NCBI GenBank assembly: GCA_041742595.1
Contig: JBGSIJ010000003.1
Coordinates: forward strand, 107,409-171,408
Length of the DNA: 64,000 nt
DNA from: Fimbriimonadaceae bacterium
GTDB taxonomy: Bacteria > Armatimonadota > Fimbriimonadia > Fimbriimonadales > Fimbriimonadaceae
Reading direction: 5' to 3'
A program made the translations under genes and the position numbers. Numbering within the stretch: position 1 is the stretch's first letter; every line of letters begins with the position of its first letter. Below, piece by piece: positions 8,481 through 17,229 of this stretch. The notes under the pieces were generated by a model that saw only the letters and a list, made by a program, of their open reading frames with translations, was not told the origin of the DNA and ran no database searches.

Positions 8481-9926
8481 ATGGCAAAGCTCCTTGGCAT
8501 CGACGTCGGCACCTCTGGGTGCAAGGTGCTCCTCATCGACGAAACCGGGCGCATCCTGAAACAAGCCGGAGCCGAGTACCCGCTACTGGTGCCTCGCCCG
8601 CTTTGGTCGGAGCAGAATCCGGAGGACTGGTGGGCGGGAGTTTTGGCTTGCCTCAAGGAGATCAACGAGCCGAACCCCGATGCGATCGGCCTGACCGGCC
8701 AAATGCACGGCGCGGTATTCCTCGATGCCCAGGGCCAGGTGATTCGGCCAGCGATCCTGTGGAACGACCAGCGAACGGTGGCGGAGTGCGCCGAGATCGA
8801 CGCGACGGTCGGCGCCCAAGACGTTCGCGCCATCACCTGCAATCCACCCCTCACCGGTTTCCAGGCGCCCAAAGTGCTCTGGTTGCGGAACCACGAGCCC
8901 GAGAACTTTGCCAAGGTGAAACAGGTTCTGCTTCCCAAGGACTACATCCGTTACCGATTGAGCGGAGTGTTCGCCACCGAGGTCAGCGACGCGGCGGGCA
9001 CCGGTCTGCTCGACGTCCCGGCCCGGACGTGGTCCGAGACCATGCTGTCTAGGCTCAAGCTTGAGTCGCGCTGGTTCCCGCCGGTGTACGAATCCGACGA
9101 GGTGTCGGCTCGAACCGATGGGGCGGCTGGACTCGCGGCCGGGATTCCGATCGTGGGCGGAGGGGGGGACCAAGCCGCTGCCGCGGTGGGTACCGGAGCG
9201 GTCGCCCCCGGGGTCATTTCGGTGAGCCTTGGCACCAGCGGCGTTGTCTTCACCGCAATACCGGGCGCTTCGTTCGATCCGGGTGGAGCGGCCCACACCT
9301 TCTGCCATGCCAACCGTGGGTGGCACGCGATGGGCGTCATGCTCAGCTGCGGCGGGGCCTTGAGGTGGCTTCGAGACACGCTCTATCCGGGGGAGGACTA
9401 TGCCCGACTCAATGCAGAGGCCGCATCGGCTCCCGCTGGATCGAACGGTCTGACCTTTCTGCCCTATCTGACCGGTGAGCGCTGTCCTCACAACGATTCC
9501 TATGCGCGTGGAGGCTGGAACGGCCTGACTCTCGGCCATGGGCGCGGGCACCTGGCGCGGGCCGTCTTCGAAGGCGCGACGTTCGGCCTACTAGACGGAA
9601 TGAACCTTTTGCGAGGTTTGGGGGCGAGCGGCGATGAAGTGCGCGTTACCGGCGGCGGGGCCAAAAGCGCCCTATGGTTGCAGATGCTCGCAGATGCCTT
9701 CGAGGTGCCCTGCGTTACTCTGGAAACCGACGAGGGACCCGCGTTTGGCGCGGCCATCCTGGCCGGGGTTGGGCTCGGCGTTTGGGCCAGCGTCCAGGAA
9801 GCATGCGGCCAAGCGGTTCGCACGAAAAGCGTCGTCGAGCCATCCGGGCAAAACTACCGGCAAGCCTACATGCGCTACCAAACGCTGTATCCGGCGGTTA
9901 AGGACTGGAACCACGCCCTATCCTAA
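8481..9926 (+). CDS. xylB: Xylulokinase (FGGY carbohydrate kinase)
   Basis: The in-frame ATG gives MAKLLGIDVGTSGCKVLL…, followed by the FGGY N- and C-domains with GGGAKSALWLQMLAD. Confidence 0.85.
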   Translation: MAKLLGIDVGTSGCKVLLIDETGRILKQAGAEYPLLVPRPLWSEQNPEDWWAGVLACLKEINEPNPDAIGLTGQMHGAVFLDAQGQVIRPAILWNDQRTVAECAEIDATVGAQDVRAITCNPPLTGFQAPKVLWLRNHEPENFAKVKQVLLPKDYIRYRLSGVFATEVSDAAGTGLLDVPARTWSETMLSRLKLESRWFPPVYESDEVSARTDGAAGLAAGIPIVGGGGDQAAAAVGTGAVAPGVISVSLGTSGVVFTAIPGASFDPGGAAHTFCHANRGWHAMGVMLSCGGALRWLRDTLYPGEDYARLNAEAASAPAGSNGLTFLPYLTGERCPHNDSYARGGWNGLTLGHGRGHLARAVFEGATFGLLDGMNLLRGLGASGDEVRVTGGGAKSALWLQMLADAFEVPCVTLETDEGPAFGAAILAGVGLGVWASVQEACGQAVRTKSVVEPSGQNYRQAYMRYQTLYPAVKDWNHALS

Positions 9927-10028
9927 GCCCGGTAAAGGGAGTATTCTAACGTTTGGCCTAAGAGTCGCTGCCCTCTGCTTTCGGGTAGGATAAGCGCGAC
10001 TGAGACAGGCTCAGTCCCCTCAACCCTT

Positions 10029-11819
10029 ATGATGACCGACGAAATAAAGACGCTGACGCAGGAGGAGGCGGCCCCGCCGACTCCGACCGAAGCGGCGTCC
10101 GACGCGACCCCCGCTGCCGAGCAGCCCACTCCCGAAGCAATCGCCCCTCCGATGGAGGAGACGAAAGCCGAGGAGGTTGCCCCCGTAGCGACCGAGCCCC
10201 TTGCTGCCGAACCAGCAACTGCCGAGGCAGTTGCCGTGGTGGACGCTCCCGCCGACACGACCGTGGAGGACGCCATTACGGAAGCCTCGGGCCAGCCGGA
10301 ACCTCCGGCCGACGCTCCGGGCGAAACGGCCTCTCCCGAGCCCGTTGCGGTTGTCGCGCCAGTTCCCGCACCCGTTGCGGAGCCGGTAGCCCGCGACGCC
10401 AAGGCGGATGCCGACCTCTTCGAGTCCTACATGAGCTCCCTCGATGTCCAGCCGGACGTCGACGCTGGCGGCTACAAGCGACTTTCGAAGGGCGATCGCG
10501 TTGAGGCGACGGTCGTACAGGTTGAGGACGACCGCGTTTTCGTCGACCTTGGAACGAAGTCTGAAGGCATTGTCCCGCTCAGCGAGCTCACCGATACCAA
10601 CGCAGAGTCCGCCAAGGGCCTCGTCAAGATCGGCGACAAGATCCACGTCGTGGTCATCCGACCCGAGGGTGGCGGCGACAGCAATCCGATCGTTTCCAAG
10701 AAGCGAGCCGATTTCGAAGAGATTTGGGACCGCATCGAAGATGCCTTCAAGTCCCAGGAAATGATTACCGCACAGGTGATCGACCGGGTGAAGGGTGGCT
10801 TGGTGGTCGATGTAGGCGTTCGCGGCTTCGTGCCGGCAACCCACGTTGGCAGCGGCAAGCTTCGCAACATCGAGAAGTACGTTGGCCAGCCCCTCCAGCT
10901 GAAGGTCCTCGAGATCGACCGCGAGCGCAAGAAGGTCGTCCTCTCCAACCGAGAGGCCGAAGAGCAGCGCAAGGTCGAGGCCAAGGAGAACATTTTCCAG
11001 AACGCGAAGCCGGGCGACCGGTTGAGCGGAACGGTCCGACGGCTTGCCGATTACGGCGCTTTCGTCGACTTGGGCGGCGTGGATGGACTCCTGCACATCT
11101 CCGAGATGAGCTGGATGCGCATCAACCATCCCAAGGAGATGTTCAAGGAAGGCCAGAAGATCGACGTCATGGTCCTTCGTCTGGACCCGGCGGCGGGCAA
11201 GATCAGTCTTGGCCACCGGCAGGTTCTTCCGGATCCTTGGAATCTCATCAAAGAGAACTACAAGGTCGGCCAGAAGCTCACCGTCACCATCGGCCGACTC
11301 GTTCAGTCGGGTGCGTTCGTTCGGTTGCCGGAAGGCGCTGAGGCGTTCCTCCCGGTCAGCGAGATGTCGTTCCGACGCATCAAGCGACCTCAGGACGTGG
11401 TCGAAGAGAACCAGGAAGTCGAAGTCCAGATTCTGGACCTCCGCACCGAAGAGCGCCGCATGGTGCTTAGCATGCGCGCAACCGGGAACGTTCCGGCGGG
11501 CGGCGGCTACGAGGCGGGCGGAACCACCGGTTCCGAGTACGAAGACTTTAAGAACGCGGACAAGCGACGTGCCGGCCTTAAGAAGGCTGGACCGGGCGGC
11601 CCGGGTAAGAAGGGTCGTGGCGGACGCGACGAGTTCGACGATCTGGAAGAGATCAGTGGACGCCGTGGCTTCGCCACCGGGGGCGCCACCATCGGCGAGA
11701 GGCTTGGAATGCTCAAGGGCTTCCTAACCCGAGACGATGAGGAAGAAGAAGGCGCGGCCGCGCCGGCAGCGGAAGCGGTCGAAGCAGCCGCTCCGGAAGC
11801 AACCCCCGAAGGGGAATAA
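10029..11819 (+). CDS. rpsA: 30S ribosomal protein S1 with a ~125-aa Ala/Pro/Glu-rich N-terminal extension and a Gly/Arg/Glu-rich C-terminal tail
   Basis: Four S1 (OB) domains are present, with the hallmark motifs GxVV…GAFVDLGG…GLLHISE. The N-terminal extension has coding-like GC3, but no clear SD precedes either possible start. Confidence 0.85.
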   Translation: MMTDEIKTLTQEEAAPPTPTEAASDATPAAEQPTPEAIAPPMEETKAEEVAPVATEPLAAEPATAEAVAVVDAPADTTVEDAITEASGQPEPPADAPGETASPEPVAVVAPVPAPVAEPVARDAKADADLFESYMSSLDVQPDVDAGGYKRLSKGDRVEATVVQVEDDRVFVDLGTKSEGIVPLSELTDTNAESAKGLVKIGDKIHVVVIRPEGGGDSNPIVSKKRADFEEIWDRIEDAFKSQEMITAQVIDRVKGGLVVDVGVRGFVPATHVGSGKLRNIEKYVGQPLQLKVLEIDRERKKVVLSNREAEEQRKVEAKENIFQNAKPGDRLSGTVRRLADYGAFVDLGGVDGLLHISEMSWMRINHPKEMFKEGQKIDVMVLRLDPAAGKISLGHRQVLPDPWNLIKENYKVGQKLTVTIGRLVQSGAFVRLPEGAEAFLPVSEMSFRRIKRPQDVVEENQEVEVQILDLRTEERRMVLSMRATGNVPAGGGYEAGGTTGSEYEDFKNADKRRAGLKKAGPGGPGKKGRGGRDEFDDLEEISGRRGFATGGATIGERLGMLKGFLTRDDEEEEGAAAPAAEAVEAAAPEATPEGE

Positions 11820-11872
11820 GCAGAACGCAAGCGGGCCGGAGAGATCTCTCCGGCCCGCTTTGCTTTACGACC

Positions 11873-12415
11873 ATGCGAATCGCGGTAACTGGCGGGATTG
11901 CGGAAGGGAAGTCCACCGTCCTGGCGGAGATCGCGTCGCTGGGAATTCCCACGCTCTCTGCAGACGCCGTTGCCCGCGAGGTGCTGAGCACAGGGCAGGT
12001 CCAGCTGGAAGTTGGCGAGGCGCTTGGTTTGTCCTTACCCCTCGACCGCGCCGAGCTCCGTGCTCGCCTTGGGGACCCGTCCGCCCGGCGAGACCTCAAC
12101 CGAATCATGCATCCGCACGTTTGGGCAACGATATCTAGCTTCCAGCACGGGGCGGTCGAAGTACCTCTTTTGATCGAAGCCTGCCTCCACCCGGCCTTTG
12201 ATCAGGTTTGGGTTGTGACTTGTGGCGTCACCGAGCAACGGCGCAGGCTGACGGAAAGGCTAGGCGATGCTAGATTGGTGGACACGCTTCTGGCCACCCA
12301 ACTGCCAACCCGAGCCAAAATTCCGTTCGCAAGCGTGATCGTGCGAACGTTGGGCGCGCCCAACCTCGTCTCAGCTTACGTCCGAGAACAGTGTCGGTTC
12401 TCCTTTCCGCCGTGA
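11873..12415 (+). CDS. coaE: Dephospho-CoA kinase
   Basis: The P-loop IAVTGGIAEGKST is present. The position after rpsA is common in bacterial genomes. Confidence 0.85.
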   Translation: MRIAVTGGIAEGKSTVLAEIASLGIPTLSADAVAREVLSTGQVQLEVGEALGLSLPLDRAELRARLGDPSARRDLNRIMHPHVWATISSFQHGAVEVPLLIEACLHPAFDQVWVVTCGVTEQRRRLTERLGDARLVDTLLATQLPTRAKIPFASVIVRTLGAPNLVSAYVREQCRFSFPP

Positions 12416-12444
12416 TTGATTGCGGATCGGCATCGTGCTATACT
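12416..12444 (+). promoter_or_regulatory. Sigma70-like promoter TTGATT-N17-TATACT, followed by a ~200 nt leader
   Basis: Near-consensus -35 and -10 hexamers with a 17-nt spacer sit immediately after the coaE stop. They are upstream of a four-gene secreted-protein block. Confidence 0.5.
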
Positions 12445-12645
12445 CGGGCGGGCTTCAGGTAAGGCGGCCAGGGTGCCGATTGTCTGGAGTTTTAGGGACG
12501 AACCAAAAAAGGTCCTGTATGCGAGGCTAGGGATGAGGCGAAATCGCGACGATTGGGGCGCGCTCCGTCGTCTACTCACCCCTCACCTGCAGGCTTCCGG
12601 GGGCAGAATGAATTTGAAGAGGTTATACAAGGAGGACTCGTCACA

Positions 12646-14610
12646 GTGAGGCGATTCATCACATCGTTAACCGGGAAGATCGTGGGTCAGGTAGTTATCC
12701 TGGCGCTGTTACTTCCCTCGCTCACCCTTACGCTCGCTGGTCGAGCGGAGGCTCAGCAACTTGCGATGCCAACATGGGCAGTCGTTGAGTTCGAGAACAT
12801 GAAGCCGGGTGGGGGGAACCTGGGCGCGATCGCCGCGGAGGCCGTTGCTTCGGAGCTGGCAAAGCTCGGCAAGTACGACGTCGTTCCGCAAGAGAACGTC
12901 AAGCGAAAGCTGGACGATCTTGGCCTTCAGAGCCCGGTAACGAGCGAGGTCAGCCTTCTCCGGTTGGCACAGGAGCTCCGCGCTTCGACCATCGTGACCG
13001 GCCAGGTAGTGAACTACCGTGTCACCAACGTCGGCGGCGGCAAGCAGGCCGACGTTTTGATGCGCATCGTCGTTCGCGACGTCGCATCCGGCCTTGCGGT
13101 GAACGGCTCCGCTCTCTCGGCCTCGTCGACGGTTCGAACCGGCGACGTTGCAGACAGCACCGTCATCCAGGAAGCATTCCAGACCGCCGCCAACCGCGCC
13201 GTCAACGACGTTCAGTCGAAGACGCTTCCGTCGGCTACGGTTCTGAACACGCTGACCACCACCGCCCTCATCAACCAGGGCGCTCGCTCCGGCTTCGAGG
13301 TCGGAATGAATCTCGTCGTCCTTCGTGGACGTGAGCAGGTGGCCACGGCCAAGGTCTACAACGTGGAGCCTGACTCTGCGAACATCCGAGTTGAGCGATC
13401 CTACAAGGGTCTTCAGCCCGGAGACAAGGTCCGCGCGATCTTCACGCCTCCCACCATCAGCCCCGACTTTGCCAAGGGCGGTGGCGTCAACATTCAGAAG
13501 CCTCGCAAGTCTGGCAACAACGCCGGCGCGATCTCCACGATCCTCGTGGTTGGCCTTGTGCTTCTCCTCGCAGGCGGCATCGGCGGCGGCGGTGGCGGCA
13601 GCAGTGCCGGTACCTCGGCGCGGGTTGCCCGTGCCGAAGCCTTCGTTGACAATGCCGGCCGACCGGCCGTTCGGATCAGCTGGGCTACCGACGGCTTCGC
13701 CAAGGGTAGCTACAACCGCGTTGCATGGCAAGTCTGGCGCAGCGAGTGGCTGGACAGCCCGGTCCTCGTGGTTCCTGGCAACTCCACTTCGGCTATCGAC
13801 AACTCGCTGGCCCGCAACGTTTCGTACAGCGACTTCGGCCGCGTGAACGGATCGACCTGCGACTTCAGCGATGCGAACCTGACGGATGCGGCAGCAGTGC
13901 CGGGCGTCACGGCGGGACGATCTCTTCGCTACCAGGTCGAGTTGGTCTACAAGATCAATGCTCTCGACCTTCCGGGCGCTGGTGGCACGAGTGGCACCGG
14001 CGGCACGGGTGGTACCGGCGGCACTAGCGGCACCGGTGGCACGGGTGGAACTGGCGGTACGGGTGGTACCGGCGGAACCGGTGGCACGGGCGGTACGGGT
14101 GGTACTGGCGGGACCGGTGGCACGGCGGGCGACGGCGGAGACTGCTTCTTCGTCTCCGGTCGAAAGACGACTGACGGCTTCGCGACTCCGGTCGTCCGCT
14201 CTCAGCTCATCTCGCCGGCGCAGAACGCTTCGGTGGCCAGCCCGACCAATGCCGGCGGCGGACAGGTTCTTAACCAGAAGGTTACGTTCACGTTCTCCTC
14301 GGTGGTCACGCTCGACACGCTCCTGGCCGAGTACATCGTTCAGGTGTCCTCCAGCTCGGACTTCGCCAAGTCGCGAACCCGAACGGTTGGCGCTAAGCTC
14401 GTGAGCTCTTCTCAGGGACAGCTTTCGATCACGGCGGACAACGACTTCTACACGGCGGCCAAGGCGGTCGTCTGGTGGCGAGTCGGCGCACGCGTCATGG
14501 ACGACAAGCCCGGCCCCTCGCCGGATAAGGCGTCTGGACTGCGCTACGTGTTCAGCTCTCCCAACCGCTTCACGAGGCCGGACGCTCCTCCGCCCCCTCC
14601 TGCTCCCTAG
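12646..14610 (+). CDS. Secreted mosaic envelope protein: signal peptide, CsgG/LpoB/TolB-N-like domain, beta-sandwich domain, central TM-like segment, Fn3-like domain, (Gly-Thr-Gly)n linker, Fn3-like domain, Pro-rich tail
   Basis: A GTG start lies 7 nt after AAGGAGGA. The signal peptide is …LTLAGRAEA|QQ. The CsgG-like pattern is VVEFENMKPGG…ELAKLGKYDVVPQENVKRKLDDLGL…IVTGQV. The hydrophobic segment is ISTILVVGLVLLLAGGIGGGGGGS. A GTGGT-type repeat is encoded by a 9-bp tandem DNA repeat. Confidence 0.7.
   Translation: MRRFITSLTGKIVGQVVILALLLPSLTLTLAGRAEAQQLAMPTWAVVEFENMKPGGGNLGAIAAEAVASELAKLGKYDVVPQENVKRKLDDLGLQSPVTSEVSLLRLAQELRASTIVTGQVVNYRVTNVGGGKQADVLMRIVVRDVASGLAVNGSALSASSTVRTGDVADSTVIQEAFQTAANRAVNDVQSKTLPSATVLNTLTTTALINQGARSGFEVGMNLVVLRGREQVATAKVYNVEPDSANIRVERSYKGLQPGDKVRAIFTPPTISPDFAKGGGVNIQKPRKSGNNAGAISTILVVGLVLLLAGGIGGGGGGSSAGTSARVARAEAFVDNAGRPAVRISWATDGFAKGSYNRVAWQVWRSEWLDSPVLVVPGNSTSAIDNSLARNVSYSDFGRVNGSTCDFSDANLTDAAAVPGVTAGRSLRYQVELVYKINALDLPGAGGTSGTGGTGGTGGTSGTGGTGGTGGTGGTGGTGGTGGTGGTGGTGGTAGDGGDCFFVSGRKTTDGFATPVVRSQLISPAQNASVASPTNAGGGQVLNQKVTFTFSSVVTLDTLLAEYIVQVSSSSDFAKSRTRTVGAKLVSSSQGQLSITADNDFYTAAKAVVWWRVGARVMDDKPGPSPDKASGLRYVFSSPNRFTRPDAPPPPPAP
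13981..14130 (+). repeat. In-frame 9-bp tandem repeat (GGYGGCACN-like, ~16 units) encoding (G-T-G/S)n
   Basis: Imperfect tandem units are directly visible: ggtggcacg / ggtggtacc / ggcggcact / agcggcacc …. Confidence 0.8.
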
Positions 14611-14681
14611 GGAGCGTTGAACCTTCGCCTGCCTACGGAACGTCTTTCCGTAGGCAGGTTTCTTCGGACTGAGGACAAGGA

Positions 14682-17177
14682 ATGAACCGTCTGACTAGAA
14701 TTACATCAACCATGATTGCGGCCGGAGTGGCCGTGACCGGGGCATATGCCCAGGCAGACTTCGGGGTCTTCTGCTTTGACCCAGACCCGAACTTTAACCC
14801 GTTTAGCAACCCCTTCGGGATCAACGGGCAATTCAACGATCTATTCGAATTCACCATCGGTGGCGTTGGGACCGTTGGTTGGGATGGCCAGGCCGGTCGT
14901 TGCTTCAACCCGGACATCACGCTCGACGTCCCTGGGCGCATTGGATTCGCCGTTGGGCCGGTTGGCTCGACCCAGTCTGACTTCGACCAAGGAATGGCCC
15001 TGACCATGGGCTTCCCCTACCAGGGAGGCAACTGGTCGACCGCGGTGATTACCCGTGGTGGCCAGCAAGTTAGCTACTACGGAAAGGCGGGCATGCAGCT
15101 CTTCTTTGATGGCGCTAGCGACCGCTATGTGCTTGCCGATGCTAGCCCGAGCGACGATATCACGGTCAAGTGCCGACTCGATCTGGTCGGAGACGCGACG
15201 CGCGTCAGCTACCGCCTGATCAACAACCAAACGACGGCCGCTAACCTGGGGCTGTGGTTTGGCCAGTGGGTAGAGCTTCTTACGCGGAACTATCAGTCCG
15301 CTGGCGCGTTCGGCAAGACGCCCTACATCATGATGCCGGGACGCAAGCCCTTCCTCATCGAGCAGGAGGTTTCGCGAACCGTCGACGCGGCGAACTACCC
15401 GTCTTTCGTCAATTTCAACTTCAGCCAGACCAACGCCTATGGCCTCCAGGTCATTCTCGGTCCGAGTGAGACGACCTACGACGAGACTGGACAGAGCGAT
15501 GCGACGCAGTCCGACGAGTTCAAGTTCGGCGAGGGCACCTTCAATCTCGGCGGCATCGGCGCCAACCCGCCCTTTGCCGACAGCGATCCGATCGACATCA
15601 CGGTAGGTCGCCCGTCGTACATCGTCAAGTATCCGGAGCAGTCGGTTCCGGCCGGCGGATCCCGAACGATCGTCCAGTACTTCAAGTCCACTTGGAGCTT
15701 CGCGAACTACGCCAAGCCCTACGCGGTAGTCGTAGACGCCCCGCGCTTGCTGGCGCAGAGCGCGGCAGGCGTAAACGGCCTCACGCCCAACCCCTTCACG
15801 ATCCGGGTTTACGTCGACAACATTCGCGGCTACACCACCGTGAACGAGGAAGTGACGCTGAACGAAGTCAAGGTCAACCTGAACCTGCCTCAGGCCACCG
15901 GCCTCAAGCTGGCCACTGGTCAGTCCGCCACTCGGATCATCGATCGAATCGCGCCCCGCCAGATTCGGTTCGTAGACTTCGTTGTCGTTGCCAATGGCAA
16001 GACCTACGGTTCTCAGGGCTTCACCGTGAAGGTGACCCCCAACCCCGGTCCGGTGAAGACGGTTAAAGGCTCGATCATGATCGCAGCCACGCCCAAGCTC
16101 TTCCTGAAGCCCAAGGCCAACCTGGTTTCGATCCCGTTCAAGGTCAACAACACCAGCCTCTCGTCGGTGCTCGGCCTCAAGAGCCCAACCGAGTTCCAGG
16201 CCTTTGCCTACAGCCCGCAGCAGCGCGGCTACATCCTGCAGACCAACGTCCAGCGGGGTAAGGGCTACTGGGTCGTCTACAACAAGACGACTAACGCGGA
16301 GATCGACCTTCAGGGAAGCCCGACGACCCCGACGGATACGTCCACCGGCGCGCCGAACATCGTTCTGAAGTCCGGCTGGAACCTGATCGGCAATCCCTAC
16401 AACTACGTGTTCCCGCTTGGCCAACTGGTTGGCGTCAGCGGCTCCGCCCCCGGCGAAGCTCTGACCTGGGCGGAACTCGTGCAGCAGGGAATCGTGGGAC
16501 CGGCGCTCGCATACTGGGACAACTCGTTGCTCCCGGCCCGGGCCGCCGTCTACAAGTACCTGGAAGGCACGGAATCGCCCTTGGCGCCTAACACGGGCTA
16601 CTGGCTCTACGTGAACACTTCCGAGGATCTGACCCTTGCGTTCCCGCCCGTCTACCAGGAGTTCCTGCCTGGTTCGAGTCGGAGCCCCGAGAAGTTCACC
16701 GCAAAGGGACCCACCGTCCTCGCCTCCGCGCCTAAGCCCACCTATAGCGTTCAGATGATCGCAACGGCGGGAAGCGTTTCGGCTGGACAGTCGTCCTCCG
16801 TGGATGATCAGAACTTCTTTGGCCAGGCTTCTCATGCAGCCAAGCTCACGCTCCTTCAGCGGCCCAAGCCGCCAAAGGCCCCGGTTCAGTCCCTCAACGC
16901 CTACTTCAAGGAAGAGTCGCGAGGACAGAACCTGGCGATGAGCCGATACTACAAGCTGAACGGCAACACGACGTTCGACTTCGTAGTCGAGTCCGAGAGC
17001 AACGGTCTGGTGGTTCTCACCTGGCCCAACCTCGCCACGGCCCTCAAGACGGTGAAGTTCACCATCCGAGACCTGGCGACGGGTGTGACGCGAGACATGC
17101 GCGCTACGGACCGATTCGGTTACACGGCGAGCAAAGGCAAGCCGAGCACCTTCCGCATCACGGCCACCTGGCCCTAG
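14682..17177 (+). CDS. Large secreted hypothetical protein (831 aa)
   Basis: The signal peptide is MNRLTRITSTMIAAGVAVTGAYAQA. It is co-oriented 71 nt after the previous gene and is rich in Thr/Asn/Gly beta-strand-like sequence. No domain is recognised with confidence. Confidence 0.65.
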   Translation: MNRLTRITSTMIAAGVAVTGAYAQADFGVFCFDPDPNFNPFSNPFGINGQFNDLFEFTIGGVGTVGWDGQAGRCFNPDITLDVPGRIGFAVGPVGSTQSDFDQGMALTMGFPYQGGNWSTAVITRGGQQVSYYGKAGMQLFFDGASDRYVLADASPSDDITVKCRLDLVGDATRVSYRLINNQTTAANLGLWFGQWVELLTRNYQSAGAFGKTPYIMMPGRKPFLIEQEVSRTVDAANYPSFVNFNFSQTNAYGLQVILGPSETTYDETGQSDATQSDEFKFGEGTFNLGGIGANPPFADSDPIDITVGRPSYIVKYPEQSVPAGGSRTIVQYFKSTWSFANYAKPYAVVVDAPRLLAQSAAGVNGLTPNPFTIRVYVDNIRGYTTVNEEVTLNEVKVNLNLPQATGLKLATGQSATRIIDRIAPRQIRFVDFVVVANGKTYGSQGFTVKVTPNPGPVKTVKGSIMIAATPKLFLKPKANLVSIPFKVNNTSLSSVLGLKSPTEFQAFAYSPQQRGYILQTNVQRGKGYWVVYNKTTNAEIDLQGSPTTPTDTSTGAPNIVLKSGWNLIGNPYNYVFPLGQLVGVSGSAPGEALTWAELVQQGIVGPALAYWDNSLLPARAAVYKYLEGTESPLAPNTGYWLYVNTSEDLTLAFPPVYQEFLPGSSRSPEKFTAKGPTVLASAPKPTYSVQMIATAGSVSAGQSSSVDDQNFFGQASHAAKLTLLQRPKPPKAPVQSLNAYFKEESRGQNLAMSRYYKLNGNTTFDFVVESESNGLVVLTWPNLATALKTVKFTIRDLATGVTRDMRATDRFGYTASKGKPSTFRITATWP

Positions 17178-17229
17178 TGACTCCAAAGCTGCCGGACGCG
17201 AGTGATCGACGTCCGGCAGCTTCTTCCCT

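Noticed and set aside
12416-12649. 77-aa ORF in the leader upstream of the envelope operon
   Set aside because: It begins inside the -35 element and has no RBS. It is an Arg-rich low-complexity translation. The leader is more plausibly noncoding.
13981-14130. A regularly repeated short unit that might suggest a CRISPR array
   Set aside because: The units are 9 bp, contiguous, in-frame and coding (a Gly/Thr linker). There are no unique spacers and no 28-37 bp repeats. It is not CRISPR.
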